Positions 1 to 8,098 of a stretch of DNA of 64,000 nt are shown here, piece after piece (position 1 is the stretch's first letter; each line of letters opens with the position of its first letter). The position numbers and the translations under genes are program-made. The notes under the pieces were generated by a model. That model ran no database searches. It was not told the DNA's origin and was given only the letters and a program-made list of their open reading frames with translations. The DNA comes from Clostridia bacterium (GTDB taxonomy: Bacteria > Bacillota > Clostridia > Christensenellales > DTU072), in contig JAFXIQ010000041.1 of NCBI GenBank assembly GCA_017533005.1, positions 440 to 64,439 on the forward strand. Reading direction: 5' to 3'.

Positions 1-520
1 CGCGAGCCATACGCGCCGCAACGTTTACAGGAGCAATAAACGGCACTAAATGTTCCACTAAATTATGGAATCTAACCGTAACTAACTGTACGATTGCAGG
101 ACAAGCCGAACTGATAATGGGCTTTTTAATTTTACCCGTTGACAAAGCAACTCTAGTAGCTTCTGATACTAACTCTGCACCCTTTGCGACTTCGAAAACC
201 TCGTCAAATCCGAGCTCTATAAGTCCATTCAATATAATATTTACGTCGTTCATATTGTTGAACTGTCCGTAAAGCGACGGCGCAGGCAAAGCGATTTTGT
301 ACTTATAACCCTTTATAATGTCAAACGGGTCGTAAGCCGGAAGCTTGGCTTGATGTGGGCAAATACGTACGCACTCGCCACAACCGATACAGCGGTCATA
401 TAAAACTTTTGCTTTTCCATTACGAACGCGAATAGCTTCGGTAGGACACCTCTTCATACAAGAAATGCACCCTCTGCACTTTTCGGGGTCAAGCGTAACG
501 GTATGTAAATCTTTTCTCAT
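1..520 (-). CDS. [FeFe]-hydrogenase-like iron-sulfur protein, N-terminal part (C-terminus runs off the left edge)
   Basis: Absent from the ORF track because it is open to the window edge. My translation from ATG 520-518 gives MRKDLHTVTLDPEKCRGCISCMKRCPTEAIRVRNGKAKVLYDRCIGCGECVRICPHQA... This contains two CxxCxxCxxxCP 4Fe-4S motifs, followed by ...SSACPAIVQLV, as in Fe-only hydrogenase large-subunit-like domains. Confidence 0.7.
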   Translation of the reverse strand, partial: MRKDLHTVTLDPEKCRGCISCMKRCPTEAIRVRNGKAKVLYDRCIGCGECVRICPHQAKLPAYDPFDIIKGYKYKIALPAPSLYGQFNNMNDVNIILNGLIELGFDEVFEVAKGAELVSEATRVALSTGKIKKPIISSACPAIVQLVTVRFHNLVEHLVPFIAPVNVAARMAR

Positions 521-540
521 ATTTCCAATCCGAATTATTT

Positions 541-963
541 CTATCCAAAGTATATCGTCATATAGACGGTAGTACCTTCTCCAACTTTGCTGTCTATTTT
601 AAACTCATCGGAATACTTCTTCATATTTGGAAGCCCCATTCCTGCACCAAAACCTAAATCTCTTATGGTATCGGTCGCAGTTGAATAACCTTCTGTCAAA
701 GCAAGTGAAATATCAGGAATACCCGGGCCGTTATCCTTCAATATAATATCGATTTTATCTTCATAAATATCTACGATAGCCTTGCCACCACCAGCGTGAA
801 TAACCATATTTATTTCGCCTTCGTACATAGCAATTGCAACCTTTCTTATATCGACAGGGTTTATGCCGAGCATTTTTAATTTCTTCTTGACTTCGTCCGA
901 TGCCGTTCCTGCAGACGCAAAATTGTTGCCGGAAACGTCAAACTCTAATCGAAGCGACGTCAT
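541..963 (-). CDS. Histidine-kinase-like ATPase (HATPase_c, SpoIIAB/anti-sigma serine-kinase-like)
   Basis: Track ORF is 541..1011. I prefer ATG 963 (MTSLRLEFDV...) because it makes an ATGA overlap with the stop of the upstream DRTGG ORF. ATP-lid-like motifs DNGPGIPD and GFGAGMGLPN are present. Confidence 0.7.
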   Translation of the reverse strand: MTSLRLEFDVSGNNFASAGTASDEVKKKLKMLGINPVDIRKVAIAMYEGEINMVIHAGGGKAIVDIYEDKIDIILKDNGPGIPDISLALTEGYSTATDTIRDLGFGAGMGLPNMKKYSDEFKIDSKVGEGTTVYMTIYFG

Positions 964-1313
964 ACTCTCAATTCTCCCGGATGTAATCCTTCTGCGTACA
1001 AAGCACCACATGCAACGTACATACGGAATTCGCTCGTTAGAATTGCAATGCCTTTTTGTTTGGCGATTTCAATCATTTCCGGGGTAGGCATTTTGCCACG
1101 AACAAGTGCAATACACTTGATGTCCATCATGTCTGCCGTGCGAATTACTTGTGGATTGCATAGGCCTGATATGAGAAGTGCTTGGTCTTTTACAAATGCG
1201 AGAACGTCACTCATCATATCGGATGCGCATGCACTACGGATTTCTGTGTCAAGCATGTCTTCTCCATAGCACACTTTTGCTTCCAAAATTCTTGCGATTT
1301 CACTAATTTTCAT
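960..1313 (-). CDS. DRTGG-domain protein
   Basis: 117 aa. The pattern DMMSDVLAF...ALLISGL...RTADMMDIKCIALVRGK matches DRTGG proteins that accompany HATPase and hydrogenase-like genes. GGAG lies 7 nt upstream of the ATG. Confidence 0.65.
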   Translation of the reverse strand: MKISEIARILEAKVCYGEDMLDTEIRSACASDMMSDVLAFVKDQALLISGLCNPQVIRTADMMDIKCIALVRGKMPTPEMIEIAKQKGIAILTSEFRMYVACGALYAEGLHPGELRV

Positions 1314-1339
1314 ATTTTTCTCCGTGTAATAAGTGGATT

Positions 1340-2074
1340 TTAATTTAATTTCTTGAAGGTTTTTCCCATTGCTCTCTTGTGTGCAGTTCGAGCATAGGTA
1401 TTGTCAACTTTTTGTTTAACTTCTGGAGTAGCTACTCCCGTCAAAAGATAAGTATCCAAATCTTTGTAAGTGATACCCATATCCTTTTCGTCGGTTTGTC
1501 CCTCGAATAGTCCTGCAGACGGGGCCTTATCTATAATTTCGCTAGGACAGTCAAGATGACGTAGCATCTCGAAAACTTCCGTTGCGGTTAGGTCGGTTAT
1601 AGGATTCAAGTCAAATGCGCCGTCCCCCCATTTCGTGAAGTAACCCATTGTGAATTCACTACGGTTACCGGTGCCCGCAACTAGATAGTTTTTCCTTTGT
1701 GCATAATTGTATAGCGTCAACATACGAAGCCTAGGATTAACGTTAGCGTAAGCCATAGGCGTTTGACTCTCATCTAACGGGATAAGCACCGCGTTCAATG
1801 CTTCTTTAACTGGCGTTAAGTCGACTTCTAAAGTCTTAATATCGAATTTCTCATTCAAGAGAAGTGCGTGATCACGGTCTTCGCCATAATTACGGCTAGA
1901 TTGACAAGGCATTATTATACCCGTAACGTTAGGCGTTGCCATTCTTGCCAATATACCTACAAGCGCGCTATCCTTACCACCACTCATTCCTAATACAATG
2001 CCATCTGCGTGGGCGCTCGCTAATACCGATTTAATCCATTCAACACGCTCTTCTATACTCTTACGATAATCCAT
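1340..2074 (-). CDS. nadE: NH3-dependent NAD+ synthetase
   Basis: 244 aa with the PP-loop SGGKDS. Overall NadE-like sequence (NYGEDRDHA, YFTKWGDG). Confidence 0.9.
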   Translation of the reverse strand: MDYRKSIEERVEWIKSVLASAHADGIVLGMSGGKDSALVGILARMATPNVTGIIMPCQSSRNYGEDRDHALLLNEKFDIKTLEVDLTPVKEALNAVLIPLDESQTPMAYANVNPRLRMLTLYNYAQRKNYLVAGTGNRSEFTMGYFTKWGDGAFDLNPITDLTATEVFEMLRHLDCPSEIIDKAPSAGLFEGQTDEKDMGITYKDLDTYLLTGVATPEVKQKVDNTYARTAHKRAMGKTFKKLN

Positions 2075-2157
2075 ACTAGCTCCTCAATGTTATAATCAAA
2101 ACAATTATAATATATAATTAGTAAAATTTCAATAGGCAATTTTATTATTACGCAAAT

Positions 2158-2182
2158 GAAAAGTGGCTCTTAACGAGCCACC
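2158..2182 (-). terminator. Rho-independent terminator after ung
   Basis: Stem GTGGCTC (2163-2169) pairs with GAGCCAC (2175-2181). A short U run follows on the minus strand. Confidence 0.55.
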
Positions 2183-2185
2183 GTC

Positions 2186-2860
2186 TTATATATTCGGGAT
2201 AGACCAATCGATAGGCTCCTTGCCTAACTTCTCTAGAATGGCGTTAGCTCTAGAAAAATGCTTGCAACCGAAGAAGCCGTAGTATGCCGAAAGCGGGGAT
2301 GGGTGTGGAGCTTCTAACACAAAATGATTAGTATTGGTTATAAGCTCTTTTTTTGCTCTCGCAGGTGCCCCCCATAACAAAAATATCACGGGCTCTTCGC
2401 GCTTATTTAACGCCTTGATTACGTTATCCGTCACAAATTCCCAACCCTTCTTCTTGTGTGATAGCGGTGAATGTGCACGCACCGTGAGTATGCTGTTCAA
2501 AAGCAACACTCCACGCTTCGCCCACGGAGCTAGGTATCCATTATTAGGAATTGGGATACCTAAATCACTATTTATCTCTTTATAAATATTTTGTAACGAC
2601 GGTGGAACTTTCACCCCGGGCTTAACGGAAAAACTCATTCCGTGTGCTTCTCCCGGATTGTGGTAAGGGTCTTGACCTATAATGACTACTCTAACATCGC
2701 TATAAGACGTAGCCTTAAGCGCATTAAAGATATCGTACATATCGGGGTATACGGTTTCTTTGCGATATTCTTCAGCAAGAAAGGTGCGTAAGACCTTATA
2801 CGTATCCGACGCAAAAGTGCTCTCTAATATTTTATCCCATTCATTTCCTATATTAACCAT
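2186..2860 (-). CDS. ung: Uracil-DNA glycosylase
   Basis: 224 aa with the family-1 UDG motifs GQDPYH and HPSPLSA. Confidence 0.95.
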   Translation of the reverse strand: MVNIGNEWDKILESTFASDTYKVLRTFLAEEYRKETVYPDMYDIFNALKATSYSDVRVVIIGQDPYHNPGEAHGMSFSVKPGVKVPPSLQNIYKEINSDLGIPIPNNGYLAPWAKRGVLLLNSILTVRAHSPLSHKKKGWEFVTDNVIKALNKREEPVIFLLWGAPARAKKELITNTNHFVLEAPHPSPLSAYYGFFGCKHFSRANAILEKLGKEPIDWSIPNI

Positions 2861-2891
2861 AAGAGCATTATATACCCTTATGTAAAATTTG

Positions 2892-3059
2892 TCAATTAAG
2901 CGTATTGCAAGGGTTGTTACAGAAAAGAATTATCATACATAGCGCTAGAATGTTGTTATTTGAGCAACAACCGTTATTGCAAGTATCGTTGCAACAACAG
3001 CCACCATTACACAAAAATATCAAAAGCAAAGCAAGCGTACTATTATTACCTAAATTCAT
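2892..3059 (-). CDS. 55-aa Cys/Asn-rich small hydrophobic peptide (unknown function)
   Basis: Track ORF is 2892..3137, but ATG 3059 has AAAGGAG 7 nt upstream. Product is MNLGNNSTLALLLIFLCNGGCCCNDTCNNGCCSNNNILALCMIILFCNNPCNTLN, with 10 Cys and 14 Asn. It is built from two hydrophobic-then-C/N-rich units. Confidence 0.55.
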   Translation of the reverse strand: MNLGNNSTLALLLIFLCNGGCCCNDTCNNGCCSNNNILALCMIILFCNNPCNTLN

Positions 3060-3152
3060 ATAGTCTCCTTTCAACAAAATATGTCGTTTCTCTACAATAT
3101 GCGTGGAAATCTTCAAACGTGCATAATTTACAATCAAACGGGAGGTTTATAT

Positions 3153-3524
3153 ATGGAAACGATTATTCTCGACAACCTTGATACCGAAGAAATCTTCAAA
3201 GAATACATTCCGTCTAATGCAGACCTCGCCGATATGTGTCAGTTTTTCTCAGTTTTTACAGACGTCACAAGAATGAAAATGCTAGCTGCACTATCAATAT
3301 GCGAGTTATGCGTTAGCGACCTAGCGTATCTTCTTAAATTCAATCAAACGACGGTTTCGCACCAATTAAAAATCCTGCGTGATGCAGGAATGGTTGCGAC
3401 TAGACGCGATGGGAAAATTATTTACTACAGAGTAACCTGTCCACACATTAACGAAGTTATGCTAACGGGAGCTACCTACCTATGCGACGTGCATAAAAAG
3501 AAGTTTAGTGAAGGTTTTTCGTGA
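3153..3524 (+). CDS. ArsR/SmtB-family metalloregulator
   Basis: Starts at ATG 3153, preceded by GGGAGG. The wHTH region is LSICELCVSDLAYLLKFNQTTVSHQLKILRDAGMV, an ELCVxDL-type motif. Additional C-terminal Cys/His are present (TCPH, LCDVH). Confidence 0.85.
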   Translation: METIILDNLDTEEIFKEYIPSNADLADMCQFFSVFTDVTRMKMLAALSICELCVSDLAYLLKFNQTTVSHQLKILRDAGMVATRRDGKIIYYRVTCPHINEVMLTGATYLCDVHKKKFSEGFS

Positions 3525-4053
3525 TTTTTTCCACGATTGGCTTGAGCCATTTATATATCCAAATTAATAAAAAGTCGTAAACGATTGCTATCGCAACGAA
3601 CAATAAATTTAATACGAAGTATAGTAGTCCTTCTCCCATATTGATAACAATACCCATTGCATCGAAATCAATAAACAAAACGTCCGTTAAATAATACAAG
3701 ACAAGGAATACGAATGAAGCGTAAACTATCTTGATAGGATAGCTTATATACCATTTAATTCTGTCACTTTTATCTTCTAAAAACACCGTTAAAATGGTAT
3801 AAAATCCCCCTACCAAAACAAACGACAATATGCTGATGTTCGCAAAAATCGCACCAAGCCCACATACTGCAATATAGCTCAAAATTGCTTCGCGATAGTA
3901 TTTTTGTGTAAGTGGCAACATAATTGCAATACCTGCGAGCACGTTAAACGTAATCGTCAAAGTCTTGACGTAAAAAGATGCTATTACACACACTAATGCG
4001 AGGGCTGAGCTTATACCTGCAAGTGCAAGTCTTTTGGAAGAGAATTTTTTCAT
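3505..4053 (-). CDS. Polytopic membrane protein of unknown function
   Basis: 182 aa with several long hydrophobic segments. Its 3' end overlaps the convergent ArsR gene by 20 nt. I recognise no motif. Confidence 0.6.
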   Translation of the reverse strand: MKKFSSKRLALAGISSALALVCVIASFYVKTLTITFNVLAGIAIMLPLTQKYYREAILSYIAVCGLGAIFANISILSFVLVGGFYTILTVFLEDKSDRIKWYISYPIKIVYASFVFLVLYYLTDVLFIDFDAMGIVINMGEGLLYFVLNLLFVAIAIVYDFLLIWIYKWLKPIVEKITKNLH

Positions 4054-4062
4054 ACTTTACTA

Positions 4063-4094
4063 CAAAAAATTTGCGAAGAATTTTTTCTTCGCAA
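4063..4094 (-). terminator. Rho-independent terminator ending the thrC-trpS-DUF5685-J-like operon
   Basis: Stem TTGCGAAGAA (4071-4080) pairs with TTCTTCGCAA (4085-4094). AUUUUUUG follows on the minus strand. Confidence 0.7.
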
Positions 4095-4101
4095 TGTTTT
4101 A

Positions 4102-4761
4102 TTAACAACAAGAAATCAGGTCGCCACCCATACATTCGCAACAGCAATCTGCGCAAATAAGTCCTTGGCAACAATCACACGGTGACATCGCACCTCTTTG
4201 CGTACCATAGTCTACGTTGGAGTTACGATATGAACGATCATCGTTATTCGCATAATAACTGTCGTGGGGATTAGTAGTCGCCCTATTAACCATTCTACGA
4301 TAAGCGTCTTTATACTTGGCATTCGCAGGGTCCATCTCAACGGCAGTCCTTAAATAGTACTCAGCATCGCGTGTTCTGCCTTGAGCATAAAATACTATCG
4401 ATTGCAAAAAGTTCCATTCAGCATCACGGTATGAAATCCTATTCAATACTGCTTGTGCTTCTGCATAACGTTTTTGTTTAACTAACTCGTCTACTCTACC
4501 TAACGTAGGAAAATCTTCTTCAACATCAATTCTTGAAGACGTAGGCGCATCTTCAATAACGTATCTAGACTTCAAAATTTCGTCAGCTTCACGATACGCA
4601 GCCTCTATTTCATCTAGCTTTTCACAAGCCTTCGTGCCTTCTTCGCCTAGCTCAAATCTCTTGCTTTCATATTTTGCACGTTCAGTGCGATACGCTTCAT
4701 AAAGCTCGTTTTGGGTAACGTTATCGCTTACTCCGAGTATCATAAAAGGGTCTTTACGCAT
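4102..4761 (-). CDS. J-like domain / TPR-like protein with C-terminal cysteine string
   Basis: 219 aa. The N-terminus DPFMILGVSDNVTQNELYEAYRTERAKYESKRF resembles a J domain, but ESK replaces the HPD tripeptide. The middle is TPR-like (AEAQAVLNRI...AEYYLRTAVEMDPANAKYKDAY). The last 25 aa are CDCCQGLICADCCCECMGGDLISCC, with 10 Cys. AAGAGG lies upstream of ATG 4761. Confidence 0.75.
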   Translation of the reverse strand: MRKDPFMILGVSDNVTQNELYEAYRTERAKYESKRFELGEEGTKACEKLDEIEAAYREADEILKSRYVIEDAPTSSRIDVEEDFPTLGRVDELVKQKRYAEAQAVLNRISYRDAEWNFLQSIVFYAQGRTRDAEYYLRTAVEMDPANAKYKDAYRRMVNRATTNPHDSYYANNDDRSYRNSNVDYGTQRGAMSPCDCCQGLICADCCCECMGGDLISCC

Positions 4762-5606
4762 TTTATACCTCTTTTCTTAATTACCGATTCGGTACGTGCG
4801 CGCAGTCCACAATACACTACGTTTGATAGCGCGCCTTCCGTTATAGTTATATCCATTCTATCGTAACATTCACGAATAGTTCTGATATAGCTATATAAGT
4901 TATTCTCCACCATATTGGTGATGGCATTCATATTCTCTTCGTTAAGTCCATTCTCCGGAATTAACGGATTATATCTCTTCTTTTGCTCATCTTCTCGGAT
5001 GTCGTCATAGGCATCTATCAAGTATACCCATTTGCCTAGAGCATCACACAACTCAATTAAATTTACGTCATCACTCTTGCAAGCAGTTTTACCAACAGCA
5101 ACTAACATATCCCCTGACGTCTGTAGTACTGCGCCTAAATCTCTACTGCCACTCAATTCTAGTTCTCGTAGGGTATCATAACTCTTTTTTACAGCACTGT
5201 CAAGTTCGGGATATTTCTTTGCAATCCTTTTGTATTTACCTTTTAAGAATAATTGTGCAATTTTATGTTTAAAAGAACGGCCGTCGATAACATCATCGTA
5301 CGCCTTATAATAACCGAGAATAATGTTTATATCAGCGACAACTTCTTGTACTTCATCATTCTCCACAACGGCAAATTTCTTGCCTATAGGATGGATAAAG
5401 CATCTTTCTTCATTGATTTTCGGCTCAACTTTTAAATAGTTATGCGCGAGCATAGTAAGGAAAGTTATATCGTAATTAACCGTTAGCCTTGTCATAGGCG
5501 TATTGCGCTTACCGATAGTTTTACACAAACCACAGTAATATGCGCGATACGTCGCATAGTCTTTCATAAGCATATTAGGCTTGTCGGCGTTTACGTATCC
5601 AAACAT
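4740..5606 (-). CDS. DUF5685-like protein
   Basis: 288 aa. The N-terminus MFGYVNADKPNMLMKDYATYRAYYCGLCK is the signature I associate with the DUF5685 family. Its start overlaps the trpS stop (TAATG). Confidence 0.65.
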   Translation of the reverse strand: MFGYVNADKPNMLMKDYATYRAYYCGLCKTIGKRNTPMTRLTVNYDITFLTMLAHNYLKVEPKINEERCFIHPIGKKFAVVENDEVQEVVADINIILGYYKAYDDVIDGRSFKHKIAQLFLKGKYKRIAKKYPELDSAVKKSYDTLRELELSGSRDLGAVLQTSGDMLVAVGKTACKSDDVNLIELCDALGKWVYLIDAYDDIREDEQKKRYNPLIPENGLNEENMNAITNMVENNLYSYIRTIRECYDRMDITITEGALSNVVYCGLRARTESVIKKRGIKCVKTLL

Positions 5607-6616
5607 TATTTGAGCTCCGTGAGTCCTATCTTGCGCTTAACTTTCGCTATCGTCTTATAAGCTATGCGTTGAGCTTTTTCTGCGCCTTCTTTCGCTACGC
5701 TCATCAAATAGCCTTTATCGTTCATAAGTCTATTATACTCTTCTCTTATCGGTCTAAACCTTTCTACCACAGATTCTCCTACTGCTTGCTTAAACGTAGC
5801 ATAGCCTTTATCGTGGTATTCGTTAACAATATCTTCTATCGTTCTTCCGGTCATTTCCGAGAAAATCGTTAGAAGGTTTGATACTCCCGGTTTATCTTCT
5901 CTATATTCAACAACGGTTTCACAGTCGGTTACAGCACGTTTAAACTTACGCATAATGCTATCAGCGTCTTCTATAATAGAAACTGCAGCGTTAGCATCGG
6001 GGTCGGATTTAGACATCTTTGACGTAGGATCTTGCAAGCTATAAATCTTTGCACCTTGTTTAGCAATATAACCTTCCGGCACTACGAAAGTCGGTGAATA
6101 TATATTGTTAAATCTATTAGCTATATCGCGAGCGATTTCTAGGTGTTGCTTTTGGTCTGCGCCTACCGGAACAAGTGCAGTTTGATACAAAAGTATATCT
6201 GCTGCCATCAAAACAGGATAGTCGAGAAGTCCCATATTTATGTTATCTTGGTGTTTTGCAGACTTATCCTTGAATTGCGTCATTCTAGTCATTTCGCCGA
6301 TATAAGTATAGCAATTAAGTATCCAAGCAAGTTCCGTATGTTCTTTTACGTGGGATTGGAAGTAGATAATCGACTTTGCGGGGTCTAATCCACAAGCTAA
6401 ATACTGCGCAAAGAAAGACATCGCCCTTGCTCTAAATTCAGCGGGGTTTTGTCTAACGGTCAATGCGTGCAAATCTGCTATACCATAAATTGAATTGTAA
6501 TCATCTTGCAATTTTAACCAATTGGAAATAGCACCGATATAGTTACCGATGGTTATAATTCCAGTGGGTTGAATTCCTGAATAAATTATAGGTTTGTTGA
6601 TGGGTTGATTTTCCAT
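5606..6616 (-). CDS. trpS: Tryptophan--tRNA ligase
   Basis: 336 aa, class I aaRS. The KMSKS loop is present (KMSKSDP) with an N-terminal GIQPTG...IGNY region. Confidence 0.95.
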   Translation of the reverse strand: MENQPINKPIIYSGIQPTGIITIGNYIGAISNWLKLQDDYNSIYGIADLHALTVRQNPAEFRARAMSFFAQYLACGLDPAKSIIYFQSHVKEHTELAWILNCYTYIGEMTRMTQFKDKSAKHQDNINMGLLDYPVLMAADILLYQTALVPVGADQKQHLEIARDIANRFNNIYSPTFVVPEGYIAKQGAKIYSLQDPTSKMSKSDPDANAAVSIIEDADSIMRKFKRAVTDCETVVEYREDKPGVSNLLTIFSEMTGRTIEDIVNEYHDKGYATFKQAVGESVVERFRPIREEYNRLMNDKGYLMSVAKEGAEKAQRIAYKTIAKVKRKIGLTELK

Positions 6617-6617
6617 T

Positions 6618-8096
6618 TTAGCCTCTGTAAATCTTGAATATCGTTTCTTTAATTTCGCTCTTATCGATAACGGTATCGTGCAAAATCGGTAAACTACTCA
6701 ATTCTGCAATTTGTTCGGGGATTTCTATGCCTGTATAGTTAGAGAGCTTTTTAACAGCCTTGAAGCTATCGTTCTCTCTCTTTTGCGTGAGCGACTCGTA
6801 TACGTCTGCAGCGAATTTATATGGGCTAGCAGTTGATACAATAACGGTTTTCGTGTCGTCTTCGGTATCGGCAGTGTAGTTATAATATGCCGAAACTGCA
6901 ACTGCAGTATGCGTATCCAACAAATAATCGAACATATCGTAGAAGTTGTCGATAGCATCGCTAGTTTCTTCTTCCGTTGAATGATAACCTAAAAATTCGC
7001 CTAGTTTTTCTTCTAGCTTGTCTAAATCTAATTCATACTTTCCGTATAAATCTAATTTTTCCATTAAATCGCGAACGAATTCAGCCTTTCTATCGCCGAA
7101 TTCAAAGAGAAGTCTTTCTAAATTCGAGCTGATAAGAATATCCATTGATGGTGACATCGTCTTGTGGAAAGGTCTATTGACGTCATATCTTCCTTCAGTA
7201 AAGAAATCTGTTAAAACATTATTGACGTTACTTGCAACGATGAGCTTGTTAATTGGAATGCCCATCTTCTTTGCGTAATAACCAGCTAGAATGTTACCAA
7301 AATTGCCGGTAGGAACTACGAAGTTAATTTTTTCGCCGTCTTCAACTTCTCCACTAGCGTATAGGTCTACGTAAGAAGAAACGTAATAAACGATTTGTGG
7401 CACGAGTCTTCCCCAGTTAATTGAGTTAGCTGAACTCAACTTCAATCCAAGTTTAGCGAACTCTTCTTCTGCTTCCTTGTCCTTGAAAATCGTCTTAACT
7501 GCCGTTTGTGCATCGTCAAAGTTGCCTTCTATGCCGATAACGTGAGTATTCGCTCCCGTTGTCGTTTGCATTTGAAGTTTTTGCATATCAGAAACGCCTT
7601 TTGAAGGATAAATAACAACGATTTCGGTGCCTTCTACGTCTTTGAAACCTTCGAGTGCTGCTTTCCCCGTATCTCCTGACGTTGCAACCAAAATAAGCGT
7701 CTTATCACTTGAGTTCGCTTTTTTGCGAGCAAGCGTCATAAGATGTGGAAGAAGCGTTAGTGCGATGTCCTTGAACGCAAGCGTAGGTCCGTGGAAAAGC
7801 TCCAAAACATAAGTGCTGTCGTCAACCTTGACAAGTGGTGCAGGGTCGCCGTCAAAACGCTCGTAAGCAGCTTTAGTTGCAGTCAAAAGCTCTTCTTCGG
7901 TGTAGTCGGTTAGGAACTTTCCGAGTACGAAAGCCGAGCGCTCATAGTATTCCATAGCGCACATTTTGTCAATATCTTCGCTTGTCAGAATAGGAAAGAA
8001 CGACGGAACATATAGTCCGCCGTCGCTTGCAATACCTTTTAATATAGCAGAGCCTGCCGATACAGGTGCTCCACCCCTTGTGCTAATGAAGTCCAT
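6618..8096 (-). CDS. thrC: Threonine synthase (long form)
   Basis: I prefer ATG 8096 (MDFISTRGG...) with AAGGAG upstream. PLP-lysine region FHGPTLAFKD; overall ThrC-like. Confidence 0.92.
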   Translation of the reverse strand: MDFISTRGGAPVSAGSAILKGIASDGGLYVPSFFPILTSEDIDKMCAMEYYERSAFVLGKFLTDYTEEELLTATKAAYERFDGDPAPLVKVDDSTYVLELFHGPTLAFKDIALTLLPHLMTLARKKANSSDKTLILVATSGDTGKAALEGFKDVEGTEIVVIYPSKGVSDMQKLQMQTTTGANTHVIGIEGNFDDAQTAVKTIFKDKEAEEEFAKLGLKLSSANSINWGRLVPQIVYYVSSYVDLYASGEVEDGEKINFVVPTGNFGNILAGYYAKKMGIPINKLIVASNVNNVLTDFFTEGRYDVNRPFHKTMSPSMDILISSNLERLLFEFGDRKAEFVRDLMEKLDLYGKYELDLDKLEEKLGEFLGYHSTEEETSDAIDNFYDMFDYLLDTHTAVAVSAYYNYTADTEDDTKTVIVSTASPYKFAADVYESLTQKRENDSFKAVKKLSNYTGIEIPEQIAELSSLPILHDTVIDKSEIKETIFKIYRG

Positions 8097-8098
8097 TG

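Noticed and set aside
2892-3137. Long (81-aa) version of the Cys-rich ORF
   Set aside because: The upstream 26 codons have no SD and would overlap the ArsR promoter and SD region. The internal ATG at 3059 has a near-perfect SD.
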